This document shows positions 1-14,382 of a stretch of 64,000 bases of DNA, piece after piece. Origin of the DNA: Octopus vulgaris (lineage: Eukaryota); the NCBI GenBank assembly GCA_951406725.2, contig OX597820.1, positions 86,180,001 through 86,244,000 of the forward strand, given 5' to 3'. Within the stretch, counting starts at the first letter, position 1, and the number at the start of each line of letters is the position of its first letter. Below the pieces are notes generated by a model. It made no database searches and was not told where the DNA came from. It worked only from the letters and a program-made list of their open reading frames with translations. Made by a program: the position numbers and the translations under genes.

Positions 1-265
1 TGACGGGGACCTAAACACACCAGCATCGGTTGTCAAGCAATGATATGGGGACAAACACAGACACACAAACACACACACATATACATATATATACATATAT
101 ACGACAGGATTCTTTCAGTTTCCGTCTACCAAATCCACTCACAAGGCATTGGTCGGCCCGGGGCTATAGCAGAAGACACTTGCCCAAGATGCCACGCAGT
201 GGGACTGAACCCGCAACCGTGTGGTTGGTTAGCAAGATACTTACCACACAGCCACTCCTGCGCCT
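1..265 (-). mobile_element. tRNA-derived SINE, family A (head GGCGCAGGAGTGGCTGTGTGGTAAG), internal (TA)/(TG) tract, runs off window edge
   Basis: Reverse complement is nearly identical to the copy at 20884-21250; A/B-box-like head (TGGCTGTGTGG, GGTTCAGTCC). Confidence 0.9.
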
Positions 266-1319
266 ATATATGTACGTACCTACCTCTACATGTCTATATA
301 CATGCATATATGGATACAGGACACCAAAACAAAACGTCGAACACAATGAGAAACGAAAACATAAACACAAAACCAAGGAAATGGTTGTTTTAAAAAAATG
401 TCCATTTCCTTGGTTTTGCGTTTATGTTTTCGTTTCTCATTGTGTTCGACGTTTTTTGTGTCCTGTACCCATATATGCATGTATATATACATGTAGAGGT
501 AGGTACGTACATATATGTATGTATATATGCATATGTTTTATTAATTTATTAATTTATTATATGACGGAACGCACGCATCCATTTCTAAGTAAGACTGTTC
601 TTAATATTAATAATGATACGCACTCTTAACCTTTGTCTCCCCTCCCTTTCTCAGCCTTCATTCTTCTGGCTTTCCTTTTCTTCTACCTTACTGTCTCTCC
701 CTCTCTCTCTCTCATTCTTCATTCTTTTCTCTACAACCATTCCCTTTTTTCTCTCCGTTTCTCTTACTCCTCCTCCTCCCTCCCGTCGCGGTCACGTGAT
801 GAGATGGCTATTTCTGTCTTTCTTCGCCTGGCCTCCTTCAAGTAGATACGGTAAAATATGTTGCTCTCTGCCGTTCTCAAACAATAGCGTTCGTAAAAAT
901 TTTTTATCTCGTTTCCCTTAACAGCCCTTCTTGTTTGTGTTGCTGTTATTCTCCGTGTCCTGTCTTTTACTGTTTATATTTTGTACTGTCGTTACTGACG
1001 GTTTTTGTTACCATTTTTATCCCTCCGCAAAAAATCTCAAATTTTATTTAATTTGATTTTTGCGGGAAGGAAATTTTCATTGAAGTCATGTATCGCCTTG
1101 ACCTTCGAAACGTGGAGTAGATGAAATTAAGGCGACTGAAGAAGGGGAACTTTCCTTGTTTTGTATGTCCTGTACTCTATGTTTTCGTTGTTTTAAAAAA
1201 ATGTCCATTTCCTTGGTTTTGTGTTTATGTTTTCGTTTCTCATTGTGTTCGACGTTTTTTCGGTGTCCTGTACCCACATATATGTATGTATATATGCATA
1301 TGTTTTATTTATTTATTAA

Positions 1320-1321
<2 letters not shown>
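266..1321 (+). mobile_element. Penelope-like non-autonomous unit: direct terminal repeats (384-553, 1187-1321) plus inverted copy (266-384)
   Basis: Direct and inverted copies of TGTCCATTTCCTTGGTTTTG..GTGTCCTGTACCCA are visible; direct-plus-inverted pLTR layout is typical of PLEs. Confidence 0.6.
1087..1147 (+). ncRNA. Candidate hammerhead ribozyme with non-canonical strand order
   Basis: GTA, GAAAC and CTGAAGA are each flanked by helices that pair in the hammerhead register (see findings). Confidence 0.4.
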
Positions 1322-1351
<30 letters not shown>

Positions 1352-1356
<5 letters not shown>

Positions 1357-1516
1357 CGGGCTTCTTTCAGTTTCAGTCCACCAAATCCACTCATAAGATT
1401 TTGGTCGCCTCGGGGCTATAGTAGAAACAGTTTTCCCTGATGCTAGGCAGTGAGATTGAACCCAAAAGCATATAGTTGAGAAGAAAGGTTTTTTCACCAC
1501 ACAGCCATGCCTGCGA
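1352..1516 (-). mobile_element. SINE family A, 5' half, diverged
   Basis: GACGGGCTTCTTTCAGTTTC..CACAGCCATGCCTGCG matches family A. Confidence 0.8.
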
Positions 1517-1972
1517 CTATATACCTCTTAACTCTACAGAACTTCATATCTTATTGAGATACAAACGGCTGAGGGTCAGCATGAACATTTGTATTTATTA
1601 CCAACAAATTGGTTAGGAATGGAATCTAAATCTCGTCCGAATGCAATAAGTAAATTTAATTCCACCAAAATCATCAACACATCACACATCAGATGTTAAC
1701 TTAAAACTATATCACCACACAGCAGAAAACAGCATGTAAGAATAACAGACATGGTTTGTATCTTACGCACTAAAAAGAAAAACTTCACTTTACAAGACAC
1801 AAATATCCTACAATCTTCATTTGGGTAATTGAAGTTGAAACATTCGAGAGAATCTAGATGTCTTTGCCTTCGATGAAGCTTCGATGGAGAGGTCGATGGT
1901 ATCTATGAGAAAAGTTAGTTTCCTATTTCTGTTTCATCTTTATTCCTTTTTTAGATACTTTGCAGCACACAC

Positions 1973-2037
<65 letters not shown>

Positions 2038-2080
2038 GTGTGTAAGTATATATTATAGATAGATAGATAGATAAATATAT

Positions 2081-2145
<65 letters not shown>

Positions 2146-2221
2146 GAGAGAGAGAGAGAGAGAGAGATAGATAGATAGTGGTTCAAGTACATATACACAT
2201 TCATATATTTTATGTACACAC

Positions 2222-2257
<36 letters not shown>

Positions 2258-2848
2258 ACATATTTTTTTCCTGTAACTCAAGAAAATATTCCCCATTTCC
2301 CCCACAAAAGTTTATCATTTTCTAAAATATTTTTGAAATATATTAATATAGTTTTTTTACCCCTCTAATATATCTTTGCGACGAATGTAATGGATCTAAT
2401 TCATATAGAGAACATTTTGGAAAATGCAGAATATAGAATTAACGAATGCTCTCAATATTTTTAACTTTTTTGTTGAAAATGTTAAAAATCGATTGCAACA
2501 TAAAGATTAAGGTAGGAAATCTTAACCGATAATTGAAGAGAAGAGACATATCATGGGTTGAGATAGAAAGAACTGGAAGAATACTGAAATTTTCAGTAAC
2601 AATTGTCGACAAGTATATTTTCTTTCCTGTAATTTCTATAAAATGAACGGTTACTAGGAATAGATGTACGACCACTCTACACAAACGCGCATACGCACAC
2701 GCACACATACACATATACACATATATTCATTCACACATATATGTGCGCCTACCGGCATACATGTGTCTATCTACATGTATGTATATACAGTGCGTATAAG
2801 AGCGTGTTCGAATATGCGGACGTTTCTATATGTCACTGTCATTGTATA

Positions 2849-2899
<51 letters not shown>

Positions 2900-3011
2900 T
2901 ATATATATATATAATATACATATATATGAACATACTGTACATGTGTGTGTATATATATGTATATATGATATAAATATATATAAACATACTGTACATGTGT
3001 GTATATATATA

Positions 3012-3058
<47 letters not shown>

Positions 3059-3174
3059 ATATATGTATATATATTGTATACATATGATATATAATATATA
3101 TATATATATACATATATATAATAAATATATTATATATATATATGTATGTATATATATATTATTTCTATGTATTT

Positions 3175-3215
<41 letters not shown>

Positions 3216-3764
3216 TCGAGAGCCTTTCCTTTACATTAAGCTAAATATCGAGCTTGTGTCGTGGTAATAAATCCCGACAAGTTGCACTAAATGGGCATGC
3301 CGTATCTTCGTTTCAAGTTATAGTTTTGTTCACAATACACCGTAATGATAGTGAATATATATATGTACTCGCCCGCATCCGCTTACTAGCAAATGCTTAG
3401 CAGCTGAAATATTCAACATATTCAATATAGAGATCGGATATTATATTGGACATATATTTGAGAAATTAACATTACTTTCTTCTTTTTATGTCATAGTTAG
3501 AAAAAGAGAGGCACCATTCTTTACTTCTTTACACATTTGTCAGAGACTTCAAAACCGCTCCGAAGGAATGTTTTCATTTTAAGTTTCAGGCCTATGAACT
3601 ACCTCAAATGTTTGCAGTACTGAATTTCCTGAAATGTAGCCGATGGCCAAAAGAGAGATGGACCACGTCTATTAACTCAAACGAATAACTTTCCGTTGAG
3701 TTATCGGAGATTCCTTCTCTCAGAATTACCATAAATGTATTTGGCTGACCCGAGGTTCAGAAAT

Positions 3765-4085
3765 CTTTTAACTGTAGCTTATTTCAGACATTTGAGTGCG
3801 GCTATGCTGGAGCATCACCCTGAAAGGTTTTACTCGAACAACTCCACGCCAGGACTTAGTTTTTTAAGCCTGGTACACATTTTATTCGTCACATTCGTTA
3901 ACACACCAAGCGGTAACAGTGGACACACACACACATAGATATGTATTCGACGGGTTTCTTTCAGTTTCCCTCTACCAAATCTGATCACAAGGCTTTAGTT
4001 GGCCTGAGGCTATAGTAGAAGACATCTATCCAAGGTACCATGCAGAGGGACGAACCCGGAACCATGTGGTTGGGAAGCAAACTTG
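3765..4085 (-). mobile_element. SINE family A, diverged
   Basis: ATGCTGGAGCA..GAACCATGTGGTTGGGAAGCAAACTT. Confidence 0.75.
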
Positions 4086-5988
4086 CACAAAATGATGCAC
4101 AACGGGATTGAATGTTAAAATATGTAGCAATCATTTCCAAATCCACTGATGTCTACTTTGTTTTCTTATAATGTTCTAGCCACAGAATGTCCCTTAACAG
4201 ACGATCGATGGTGGAAGAGATTCCAGCTGTGACTACTTTAATTCAAAAATATTTTATCTGTAACTTCTGATCTAGTGTGTCTAACCGTCTCAAAGGGCTC
4301 TGTTGTAATTTGACAGATATTTAGCTGTTGTTTCTAGTATAGTATGAGGCTTTCGGTAGGCCCACTGCATTATGAATAAATAATTGCTTTATTGCTGTTG
4401 GTTAGACCGACAATAAAAAGTGTTTGACTCATAACCATTCACTATCTTATTCATGCACTGCGTACGGTGGAAAGATTAACGAGAGTTTCCTTTTTAGAAC
4501 GTGTGCATAGGTGTAAATATAGAAATGACTGCTATTTCAAAATATTCAAGCGTGATGTATGAGCTTCGCAAACAGATGGTTAGGTTAAATTCTCACTCTG
4601 TTTTGCTTTTATCACACGAATTCCAGATGAAATCTTTTTCATTCATCTTTCAGTTTGATAAGTAGTAAACACCTATCATAAAATAATCTACACACATCCG
4701 CTAAAACCTCGTAGCTTCCCATGAAAATTAGAGATCAGATCTTTGCGACAGTAATGTCACAGTAAATGTATATAAGAGAATCTATATAGATTACTGGGTT
4801 CTTTCCGTTGTCAAACCACTTTAAATACCAACTACATTGTAACCAGATGAAAGATATCGAGTGGTGTTTTTTTTTATCTGAGTATATTTCTCCAACTTAT
4901 GATCAGGTGCTTCGTTGCACCTGCATTATTTCACTAACTATGAATTGGAATTTCATGCGCATTCCAGTAATGGTGTTTAACATCTAATAAAAGTGAAATA
5001 GGATTGTTATTTTCTGCGAATCACGTTGCCTAAATAAACTTATTTGAAATAGTTTCAAATATGTCATGCTTCAATAAAAGGTTGGTATATAAAAAAAAGA
5101 ATACTTTCTGCAGTAAAAACAATGACATTTTGAGGTGGATAAATCTCCTTTCCGTAATATAAGATTTTATATATATATAAATCTACTCACACACACATAT
5201 ATTTTCACAGACACATACATATATATTACTCTTTATCCTTTGGTTATAAATATTCCATCAAAATGGAGTTGTTCTCTCTCCATTCATTAAAAGTTAATGG
5301 AATTGCATAATCTTCATTGACTGCGCCTTTTAAAAGTTAGGGTAAGGTTTATAATCTCTCATCCTTTTCAATATACCATTGACATATTTATTGAATGTTA
5401 TCTGCCATTCTTAGCTATGGCGTTAAAAAATTTTCGTTGCCTATCTGTTCTGATTATCCTGTTAAAATTATTGTATATATATTGGAGAAACAGTGTTAAA
5501 AGTGTAAATTCCGTACAGATGACGACCTATTCCGGAAATATAACACCAAAGAATATTTGTTGGTTATATCTTTTACTACAAAGAACGGTGGAGAAATATC
5601 TGATGTTTCGGCTTAACATGCATCAAAAGACTTTAGGAAGACCCAGGACGAATTAACATGCCACGACTTACAAACCCTCCTAGTGTGTTTTTTAACAATC
5701 GTTTAGATTGTCAAAATTTCACTTATAGTAATTAGACTAAGTCTGACAGTGAAGATTGTGTCTCTGGATTAAAATTTAAAAAAAGAAATTAGAGCAATAG
5801 TTGCTCTAATTTTTGAAAATGATGTCAATAGACTGAAGTGCTGATTGAACGTACAGATTAGGTTCTGTACAGATGAACACAAGATTACAAATGTAGATAG
5901 GAATGCTAAGAGAGAATGTTTGAAGTGGTTAGGATACGCTATTCTCAGACAGCATCACCATAATAATGTTGACTTTTGAGTATATATC

Positions 5989-6200
5989 TCTTTTACTCTT
6001 TTACTTGTTTCAGTCATTTGACTGTGGCCATGCTGGAGCACCGCCTTTATTCGTGCAAATCGACCCCAGGACTTATTTTTTGTAAGCCTAGTACTTATTC
6101 TATCGTTCTCTTTGCCGAACCGCTAAGTTACTGGGACGTAAACACACCAGCATCGTTGTCAAGTGATGCTGTGGGGACAAACACAGACACATAAACATAT
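5989..6200 (-). mobile_element. SINE family A, 3' half
   Basis: TTTCAGTCATTTGACTGTGGCCATGCTGGAGCACCGCC..GGGGACAAACACAGACAC. Confidence 0.8.
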
Positions 6201-7118
6201 ACACATATAGATATAAAAAAAATACATACATACGAAAAACTTTATTATGAATTTGGGGTGCGTTGAAAGAAACGTTTCAGCATTTTTCCAGTTCTTTTTT
6301 GTGTTAAAATCCCGCCAACGTAAACATTGCCTTTCGTTTCTCCGAAATCAATAACATAAAGTGCCATTCAAGCACTTTGTGTTGATCGTATCCATTAATC
6401 CCATCTCTTCCATTTTTTTTAGCTTTGTACATATACTAGGAAATTATTTTTATTGCAATCACCATACCTATCTTTAATCAAGAAATTTTCTTTCTAAAAA
6501 ACGTATTAGGAACATCTCAGAAAAAAATGCGTATGAGTTTTGAACGCTAACAACCACGTCAAATGCTAACAAAAACCATTCAAGTTTAACAAATTCTTCG
6601 TGTGAATGTTTACAGATCGTAGTATTGCTACTTTCTAGAATATATCTGTGGTAATCTGCCAGTATCATTACAGAAATACTTGTGTATTACTTCAGCTGTA
6701 CTAATTACAAATGGGATTATAAACACATTTCTTAATTGCCATAATGTTTTTAATTCAACAGCTAGGTGAATGTAATTTCTCATTATCGCTATCATAATTA
6801 CTACTGTAACACCTCCGTCTCTGTTTCTCCTACTTACAACAACACCGAATAAATTGCAATACACACATTTTATGGCCTCGACATACAACATCATCATTTA
6901 ATGTTTTTCTACTACTGTGTGTGCTGATGTTGTCTAGATGGTTGAATGTATATACTTATATATATGTGTGTGTGAGAGAGAGAGGGGGAGAGATTGTATG
7001 TATGTGTGTGCGGGCATGTAAACGTGTATGCACATGTATATATATATATTTATTTATTTATACACACACACGTACATACATACATGCATACATACACACA
7101 CACATATATATGTATATA

Positions 7119-7177
<59 letters not shown>

Positions 7178-7209
7178 CACAAGGTGAATATGTGTCTTTA
7201 TATATAGAG

Positions 7210-7258
<49 letters not shown>

Positions 7259-7587
7259 TGTGTGTACTTGTATTTTTCTAATCAACGTTTGTTTTATATT
7301 CAATGTAAATTCTATCTAGTTATATGTTGTTCCAGTATCCATGTATTGATCGCCTGTATGCAGTATCGAAACTTATAAGAGCTTCGAAATTATGATGTTT
7401 AAATTCATCTTCGTCCGTCATGCTCCTTGTCTTGACGCCGTTGGCAAGGAGACACACACCTGTTCGTATACACCAGTAATAATGATTATGTGTGTCTATA
7501 TGCGAGTGAATATAAGTGGGTGCTCACCCACACACAATCAATCTAATATATAATTTTCAATTTATGAGATATTATTGTTGTTGTGGC

Positions 7588-7654
<67 letters not shown>

Positions 7655-8607
7655 TAAAATGGCTAGGCACATGAAAACTACACTGATTTCGTGTTGATAA
7701 ACCTTTACGTTATTTTTCTCTACTTTTCCGAATGAGTCTTATAAAATTCTTACACTTGCCTTCAAAAGGTGACAGCAAATCTGCAGAAAAATACACTTTC
7801 ACGCTTTATGTACAGAATACGTTTATATAACAATTCCAAATTCTCTATTTTCTCTTTCAAACATATAAGCATTTGCCAAAGTGGCGAAATCTCTTCCAAG
7901 CAACATATGTGTTATAATAGATGAAGATGGATCTAAATTATTGTACTAGCCTCTTAGCCAGTATAACTCCAGCTAACTCTGCCAGAAAGGAATGTCAATC
8001 AACTGTACCTGAAACGAAATCTAAAGGGACGCCCTAGTTTCTCTCGAAATTTCAACACGAAGAATAATTTAGAACAGCAAAACAAAAACAAACGAATTAA
8101 CCTTACTAACGCAATCGTCACCACTATCAACGACAAGGAAAACAAGAACGACGATCGAAAACAGTATCAGTACCAGTAACAACAACTACAATAACGACTA
8201 TGACGACGATAACAACATCGATAGCAACAACATTAAATCCAAAACGACCTCAAAACCAGGACTGCTCTTTGCTACTGTAACGCAAACGTGGGTTAATATA
8301 GCGTTGGAAGACAACTCGGTCTTTAACTAGACGAACCGACACTGCTGTGTCTGATCGTACTTCTCCAGGAAGATATATAAAAAAATAAAAAAATAAAAAG
8401 GAGTACACAGAATTATAACAGCTAGAAAAGAAGAATAACTGAAAATCTAGCACAAGTACAAGCTGAGAAATGATTGAAAGAAATGTGAGAATCAGTGAAC
8501 CATCAAAGAAAAGGAAAATTATTTGGAAAAGTAGAATTCCTCTACCTTAACAAAGAAGAGATTGTAAAAATGATCACAGTTACTCGATCTGCTGAAGAAT
8601 ATGTACT

Positions 8608-8845
8608 CATACCTATTTCTTTATTACCCACAAGGGGCTAAACATAGAGGGGACAAACATGGACAGACATAGGTATTAAGTCGATTATATCGACCCCAGT
8701 GCGTAACTGGTACTTTATTTATCGACCTCGAAAGGATGAAAGGCAAAGTCGACCTCGGCGGAATTTGAACTCAGAACGTAGCGACAGACGAAATACCGCT
8801 AGGCATTTCGCCCGGCGTGCTAACGTTTCTGCCAGCTCGTCGTCC
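8608..8845 (-). mobile_element. tRNA-derived SINE, family B (head GGCGGCGAGCTGGCAGAA; core GCCTTTCATCCTTTCGGGGTCGAT)
   Basis: Reverse complement matches the copies at 22565 and 27465. Confidence 0.9.
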
Positions 8846-8849
8846 TATT

Positions 8850-9099
8850 TCGGAAAATGTTTATGTTAGATGACACAAAAAGTGGGCCGATTTAAATGTT
8901 AAGTTACAAATGCGGCCACTCAAGAAAATTTAGAAAAATTCCCGACCTCACACACCTGGAGATATTGGACCCCGTAAGAATCATGGTTGTAGGAAGAAAA
9001 GGTTTAATGCGTGTCCACGCCACAGAAACATCAACAACTTCAACGCCAGTATCAGGAACTTCAGATAAGATCACAATCACACGCATGCATACACACGTA

Positions 9100-9132
<33 letters not shown>

Positions 9133-11240
9133 ATACACACAAAACCAGCAATCACCATCCCTTACTGAATCATCCTCAAATAACGAAAAATAAACAGTGG
9201 AGCACAGAGAGTGAGAATGGCAAGTTGTCGACAGAAAGGCTCCAAAATATAAGGTAAAATGCCTTAACTCCACCATAATCAACTTCAACGCTGACAACAC
9301 TCTCCAAAATACACCAAATTGTCACACCAGTGCAAGCACCGAAGCATCACCAGGAGTAACGAAAAACAATAAGTCACAAAAATCATCATTACAACAACCA
9401 AAATGCTCCCACTGTAACCTTACAACAAGAAAATATAGAAGCACAAGAAGAAAACGCACAAGCACAAAAAGAACAAAACCTTCAAAAGAAAAACGAAACA
9501 CAGTTAATTACACCGTGAGAAACAAGATCAGCACAGAGTTAACGGACTACATCACAAAAATGGAATAAAATTAGAAGGGGAATGATTTATATAATTCAAC
9601 CCCAAAACACCCAAAGAAAGAATCCTTATGAAAACATCAAGTCAAATTTACCATACTCTCTTGAACAACTTCCCAAAGAGAGCGGTTATTTTCAGAAAGT
9701 TAGTTAATAAAAGTTTATGGGAAGGGCTTTTCAAGGGACAGCCACCTCAAAAGGACACAGACCATCCTTCATTCAAAATGACTCGGAGCGACGTATGTGA
9801 GAAAACTGTTACTTATTTTCTTCAATAAATATGGTGGTACTCAGATTGGGATGTATCAATGTTCATTGTTTGTTGTCAACTTGGAAGTAAGGCAACTTGC
9901 TCAACGACCTCCAATTACTTGATTAGGCGTGGTGGCCATTACTGTCACCATAATTTCTGAGACGCACGTATTCGGCTCAATGTTTAACAACAAGACGTAC
10001 TCATCTTCTGGTTTGATAGGATCGGTCATTGGAATAACTCTGCTTTTCTGGAAGGAATTCGGTTTAGAAGTGCAGACGAGCTTACTGGATCCTGCAGGTG
10101 AGTTGGTGGTACTAGATGGGTGTGAAAGTAAAGGCAGCGCTTTCAGACTAGCGGCCGTCTATGCCCCCACCCCACCTGGGTTAGACTGTCATATACCTAT
10201 AGACGCCTAGAAAGCTTCCGAGGAACATGCCGCTCTCTTGTTTCTAGTAGCTGACTGAGATGGTATTTTGGAGGCATGAAAGGATTGTGTAGTGTTAAGT
10301 CACAAAAAAGATGCAAACGCCTCGAAAACTTAGATGTTGCCAACTCTCTGACAGATAGCGACTGGATCTCCCGAATGAGGCATTTAGATTTGGAGCAACC
10401 ACGATGGGACTTCCAGGTACTTAGAGTTTTCTTTAAGTTATCTGACAAATATATATTAGGACATCCGTAATTTAAACTAGTCGGCTACGCAGATCACAAA
10501 TTTGAGATCTTCCCAACCGCTTTGAATAAGACCCGTAGCCAAGGACCCGACTACTGGAACCTGAAAGTGTCTTCCCTGACGCGTAAAATACAGAGACCTT
10601 ATTAGCGAGCTAGTTAAGAGACACCTGACAGAGGAAATAGTTAATAACAGATGGTGGGGAACCCTGAGATGTAAAATTAAATATGAATTAATAGCATTTA
10701 GCAAATAGCAAGTGACAGAGAGAAATAGACTAGAGAAGGACCAGTTAGTTCTCTAGAATAGGCAATTAAGAGTGACATTGCAACCAATGTACTGGTGGCA
10801 AGCATGGGCCTGAACCATTTCTTCAATACGAAACATGAAGGCAACGTTGTCAGGGCTAGAGCTCGTGCACTAAAGCAAGAAAAAAGGAAAGCCGTCTGGT
10901 GGGCTAGGATGGTGGAGGTGCGATGTGGCAACAAAGCCATAATTCAGTCTTAGGCCGCTCGGGATGGGCTTGTACTGAGCGGTTCGGAGCAAATGTGGGC
11001 AGACTTCCAGCATTTTGCTTAACGTTTCAAAGAAAGCGATAGGCCACTGAGAATAATGGATTTCAGTAACTGCCTCAACAGCTTGCGGCAACTCTCGGAA
11101 GAAGAGGTTACAAGCTTTGAAAGGTCAATAACAACAATTGAGATAAGAGAAGTATTGAATGTCTGCGCAATGGACAAATCATCCGGTTCGGATGCTCTCC
11201 AACACTCTACACAGGTCTTTGAAGGGTTAAACTTAACCAA
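8850..11240 (+). pseudogene. Decayed Tx1/L1-type non-LTR retrotransposon: ORF1 remnant, APE endonuclease and linker; RT missing
   Basis: LRLGCINV.., DPAGELVVLD..FRLAAVYAPT, ADHK, GPDYWNL, ITTIEIREVL..KSSGSDAL (KSPGPDG motif); many stops and frameshifts. Confidence 0.75.
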
Positions 11241-11299
11241 AACAATTGGTGTTTTAAAACCACATGGAAAGGCCGTAAAAGGCGTCGGGGAGTGGTGAA

Positions 11300-11800
11300 C
11301 GATAGTTCTATTAAATTTTCATTTGTTGGCTTCTTTGAAAAGTTTTATTTTTGTTTACTCATGCTAATTGTATTTAATTTCCATGCTTCTATACTTGTTA
11401 TTCCTTAATGCCTATTACCTTTTCTTTCTGTTTTAATCATTAATTTAATTTGTCTATAAAATTCCTCCTCAATCTTTACTTTCTTTTGAGTGTATTGTAC
11501 ACTGTTTAGTTCATTGATTCCTAAATATTTGTATATTTCTGTTTGGTCTAATTCTCTTACCTCATTTTCACCGTGATATATAAATGTTCTTAATTAGTTT
11601 TCCTCTGAACAAATTTGCTTTGGGACATTTTCTAAAATAAATCTCATTTTTATTTCTTTGGTAAATTTGTGTACTGTCTGCCGTTAGGTTTCCATTTGTT
11701 TATAATGTGAAGCATCCAAAAGATAGTTGATTATTTTACCACTGCATTTGTATACACATTCAAGTCTCTTAAGCATGACGCTTAACGACATTTATACAAG
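11300..11800 (-). pseudogene. R4/Dong-like LINE reverse transcriptase C-terminal fragment
   Basis: Minus strand reads KEIKMRFILE..RELDQTEIYKYLGINE, like RLE-clade RT domain 7/thumb. Confidence 0.55.
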
Positions 11801-12656
11801 ACAGAAAAGAAGTCGAGAGAGGGAGTCCTCCTAAAATATTCCTCTTATATTGAGAAAGAGAATACGTTTTATTATTCCCACTTTTGTCAATAACACCCGA
11901 ATTATTTGTCTTTTACTGATATGTTTCAAGTAGCATTATATGACTTACCTGACTCAGAACTAGTATTTCTTGGATTCACTTGTACAGAATGCTGCCAAAT
12001 GCCTGCCAGTAGTCAGTCTAAACCATGGTCAGGTCTTCTTTTTTTTCTTCTTTTTATTTCTTCACTCTTCGATTATAGTTTTGCCGAAAAGTAGTGTTTT
12101 CCTCGAGGATCTTGCTCACTTTCTTCGATACTATTTTCGTTATGGCTTTGTAGGAAAAACCGCCAAGGGTCACTAGATTTGAGGGTTTGCAGTCTCTCTT
12201 ACTGTAAGTTGTCTCTGGCTCTGTCGGTATTACCTTAAACCTAACCTGACTTTTCAGACTGTGCCACGTCTTCGTATCTTCCAGGTGTTGTTGTTAGTGT
12301 TGCTCTTGTTGCTGTTATTGTTGTTGCTATTCTCATCATCGTCATCATCACCATCTCTATTATTTTTCTTTTAACTCAATTTGTGTTGGAATTCTCTTGC
12401 ATAAGCAGCAGATTTGCCGTTTGCAGTCTACCAGTACTTTGCTATATGTTCTTTTCAACAATTTGATACTTTCGTCATCATTCTGGTTATGCCAAGAAGC
12501 CAAGCGTTTTGCGACAGCTCTACTGGACACACTATTCTCATTTACTTTATATTGCTATTGATACCTTCTGATATTTTCACCAAGGACCCATATTATCATT
12601 ATTATTATTATTATTATTATTGCTGTTGTTGTTGTTGTTGTTGTTGTTGTTATTAC

Positions 12657-12734
<78 letters not shown>

Positions 12735-12789
12735 CATCATCATTATTATTATTACTATTATTATTATGATGAAGATGACGCTTGTTTAC

Positions 12790-13120
12790 TGGTCATGCTT
12801 CAAGATCCCTGGGAAGAAATCTTGCAGATCCAAGCAATGCTGATTTTGTTGGTGTTCTACCTTCGCACTTGCACCAATCGTTTTCAGCCATATTGGAAGT
12901 TGAGTGCTGATACTTCCATGTGTGACAACCGCTATTGATATCACCTCTACTCACTTCATTGACGGCAACCTTCGAATTTCTCACTTCAAATTGTCAGAGT
13001 TGTTTATTTTTTTCTTCTTTCACATTGATCCTGTTGTCATCTGGGCATGTTATGTCGATTATCAGGCATGTTCTTATTTTTTATTCACTACAAAGTCCGG
13101 TTTCCGAGGTCTGGTATGGT
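12790..13120 (-). pseudogene. R4/Dong-like LINE restriction-like endonuclease C-terminus
   Basis: KSALLGSAR..LEA* terminal motif. Confidence 0.55.
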
Positions 13121-13159
13121 GAATTATTATTAATATTGTTGTTGTTGTTGTTGTTGTTA

Positions 13160-13613
13160 TGGAGTGAGAGAGTAGTGCATGCCATCACAGTGACACTGGA
13201 GTAAAATATACAACGCCCAGTATACCTATCACGACTCCCCGTCTGATAAGGGTACACCAGACATAGGCATCACAACCATATGTGCTCGACATGCTGATTT
13301 CGTATGAAGATAAACAGCACATGACCTTTCAAGTGGGACCCAGTTAGAAATTTCTGCGAGTCGAGTAGCCCGGCTATGATGCTATGATGCTCCCCCACTA
13401 CTTCTGCTCGTGTTTAGAGATGCGCATATCGTCAGCCACTAAGGGATACGCTCAGCTGTTTAAGTGCAAACAACTGACAAACAAATCTGCGGTATTGAGC
13501 AGAATACTTGCTATAGTCCACCTTTTTTACCAAGACAAAACAATGTACATGTAGCACTTCCAATCAGTTAAAATCAGAAGTCAGGAGAGCCACTGTCTGG
13601 TACTGCATCAGAA
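13160..13613 (-). mobile_element. Family C retroposon (probable Dong/R4 3' UTR or derivative) with ~29-bp TSD
   Basis: Matches 14383 and 56407; TTATTAATATTGTTGTTGTTGTTGTTGTT on both flanks. Confidence 0.75.
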
Positions 13614-14074
13614 CATTTATTAATATTGTTGTTGTTGTTGTTGTTCTTGTTGTTCTTGTCCTTGTTGTTCTTGTTGTTCTTGTTGTTTTCCTTGTTCTTG
13701 TAGATGTCCTTGTTCGTGTTGTTATAATATTTCCAGGCAGATTTCTACTGCATCACCAACTACACCTCTGTGTTGCTGTGTGTGCAGCATTATGTGTTCT
13801 CTTTTGGATTTTGGGGCTGCGTGCAACGATCTCGGGATTGTATTGCATCAGGTTGGTTTTGTTATGGAGTATGGTTGCAGTCGCCTGTTGTATTGGTGGT
13901 TGTATTGTGTACTGTGTGTGTAATGCAAGTTGTGTTCTTCTATTGAGTATCCGGCCTGTAGAATACATGTGATGGTTATTTATTTTATTAATTATTTTCC
14001 GTATAACGTTTCTTGTGTTTGTGGATTGGTTTGTTTTGGTTTATTGTTGAATAGAGTCTGTCGTAGGATTATTA

Positions 14075-14152
<78 letters not shown>

Positions 14153-14382
14153 TATGTTTGACTTTTGCTTTATGTCTGTACAAGTTGGTTCCAAGTCTCA
14201 CCCAGAGACCTCAAGAGACAACAGGTTGGAAGTTCTGTGCCATATATTTGGGGTTTTCTTTTATTATTATTATTATTTTATTATTATTATCATTATTATT
14301 ATTATTATCATTATTATTATTATTATTATCATTATTATTATTATTGTTATTATTATTTATTATTATTATTACTATTATTATT

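Noticed and set aside
30-629. 199-aa ORF
   Set aside because: Reads through an antisense SINE and a palindrome; no protein-like features
2664-3239. Long YI/CV/HT-rich ORFs here and throughout the window
   Set aside because: Artefacts of (TA)n, (CA)n and (GATA)n repeats
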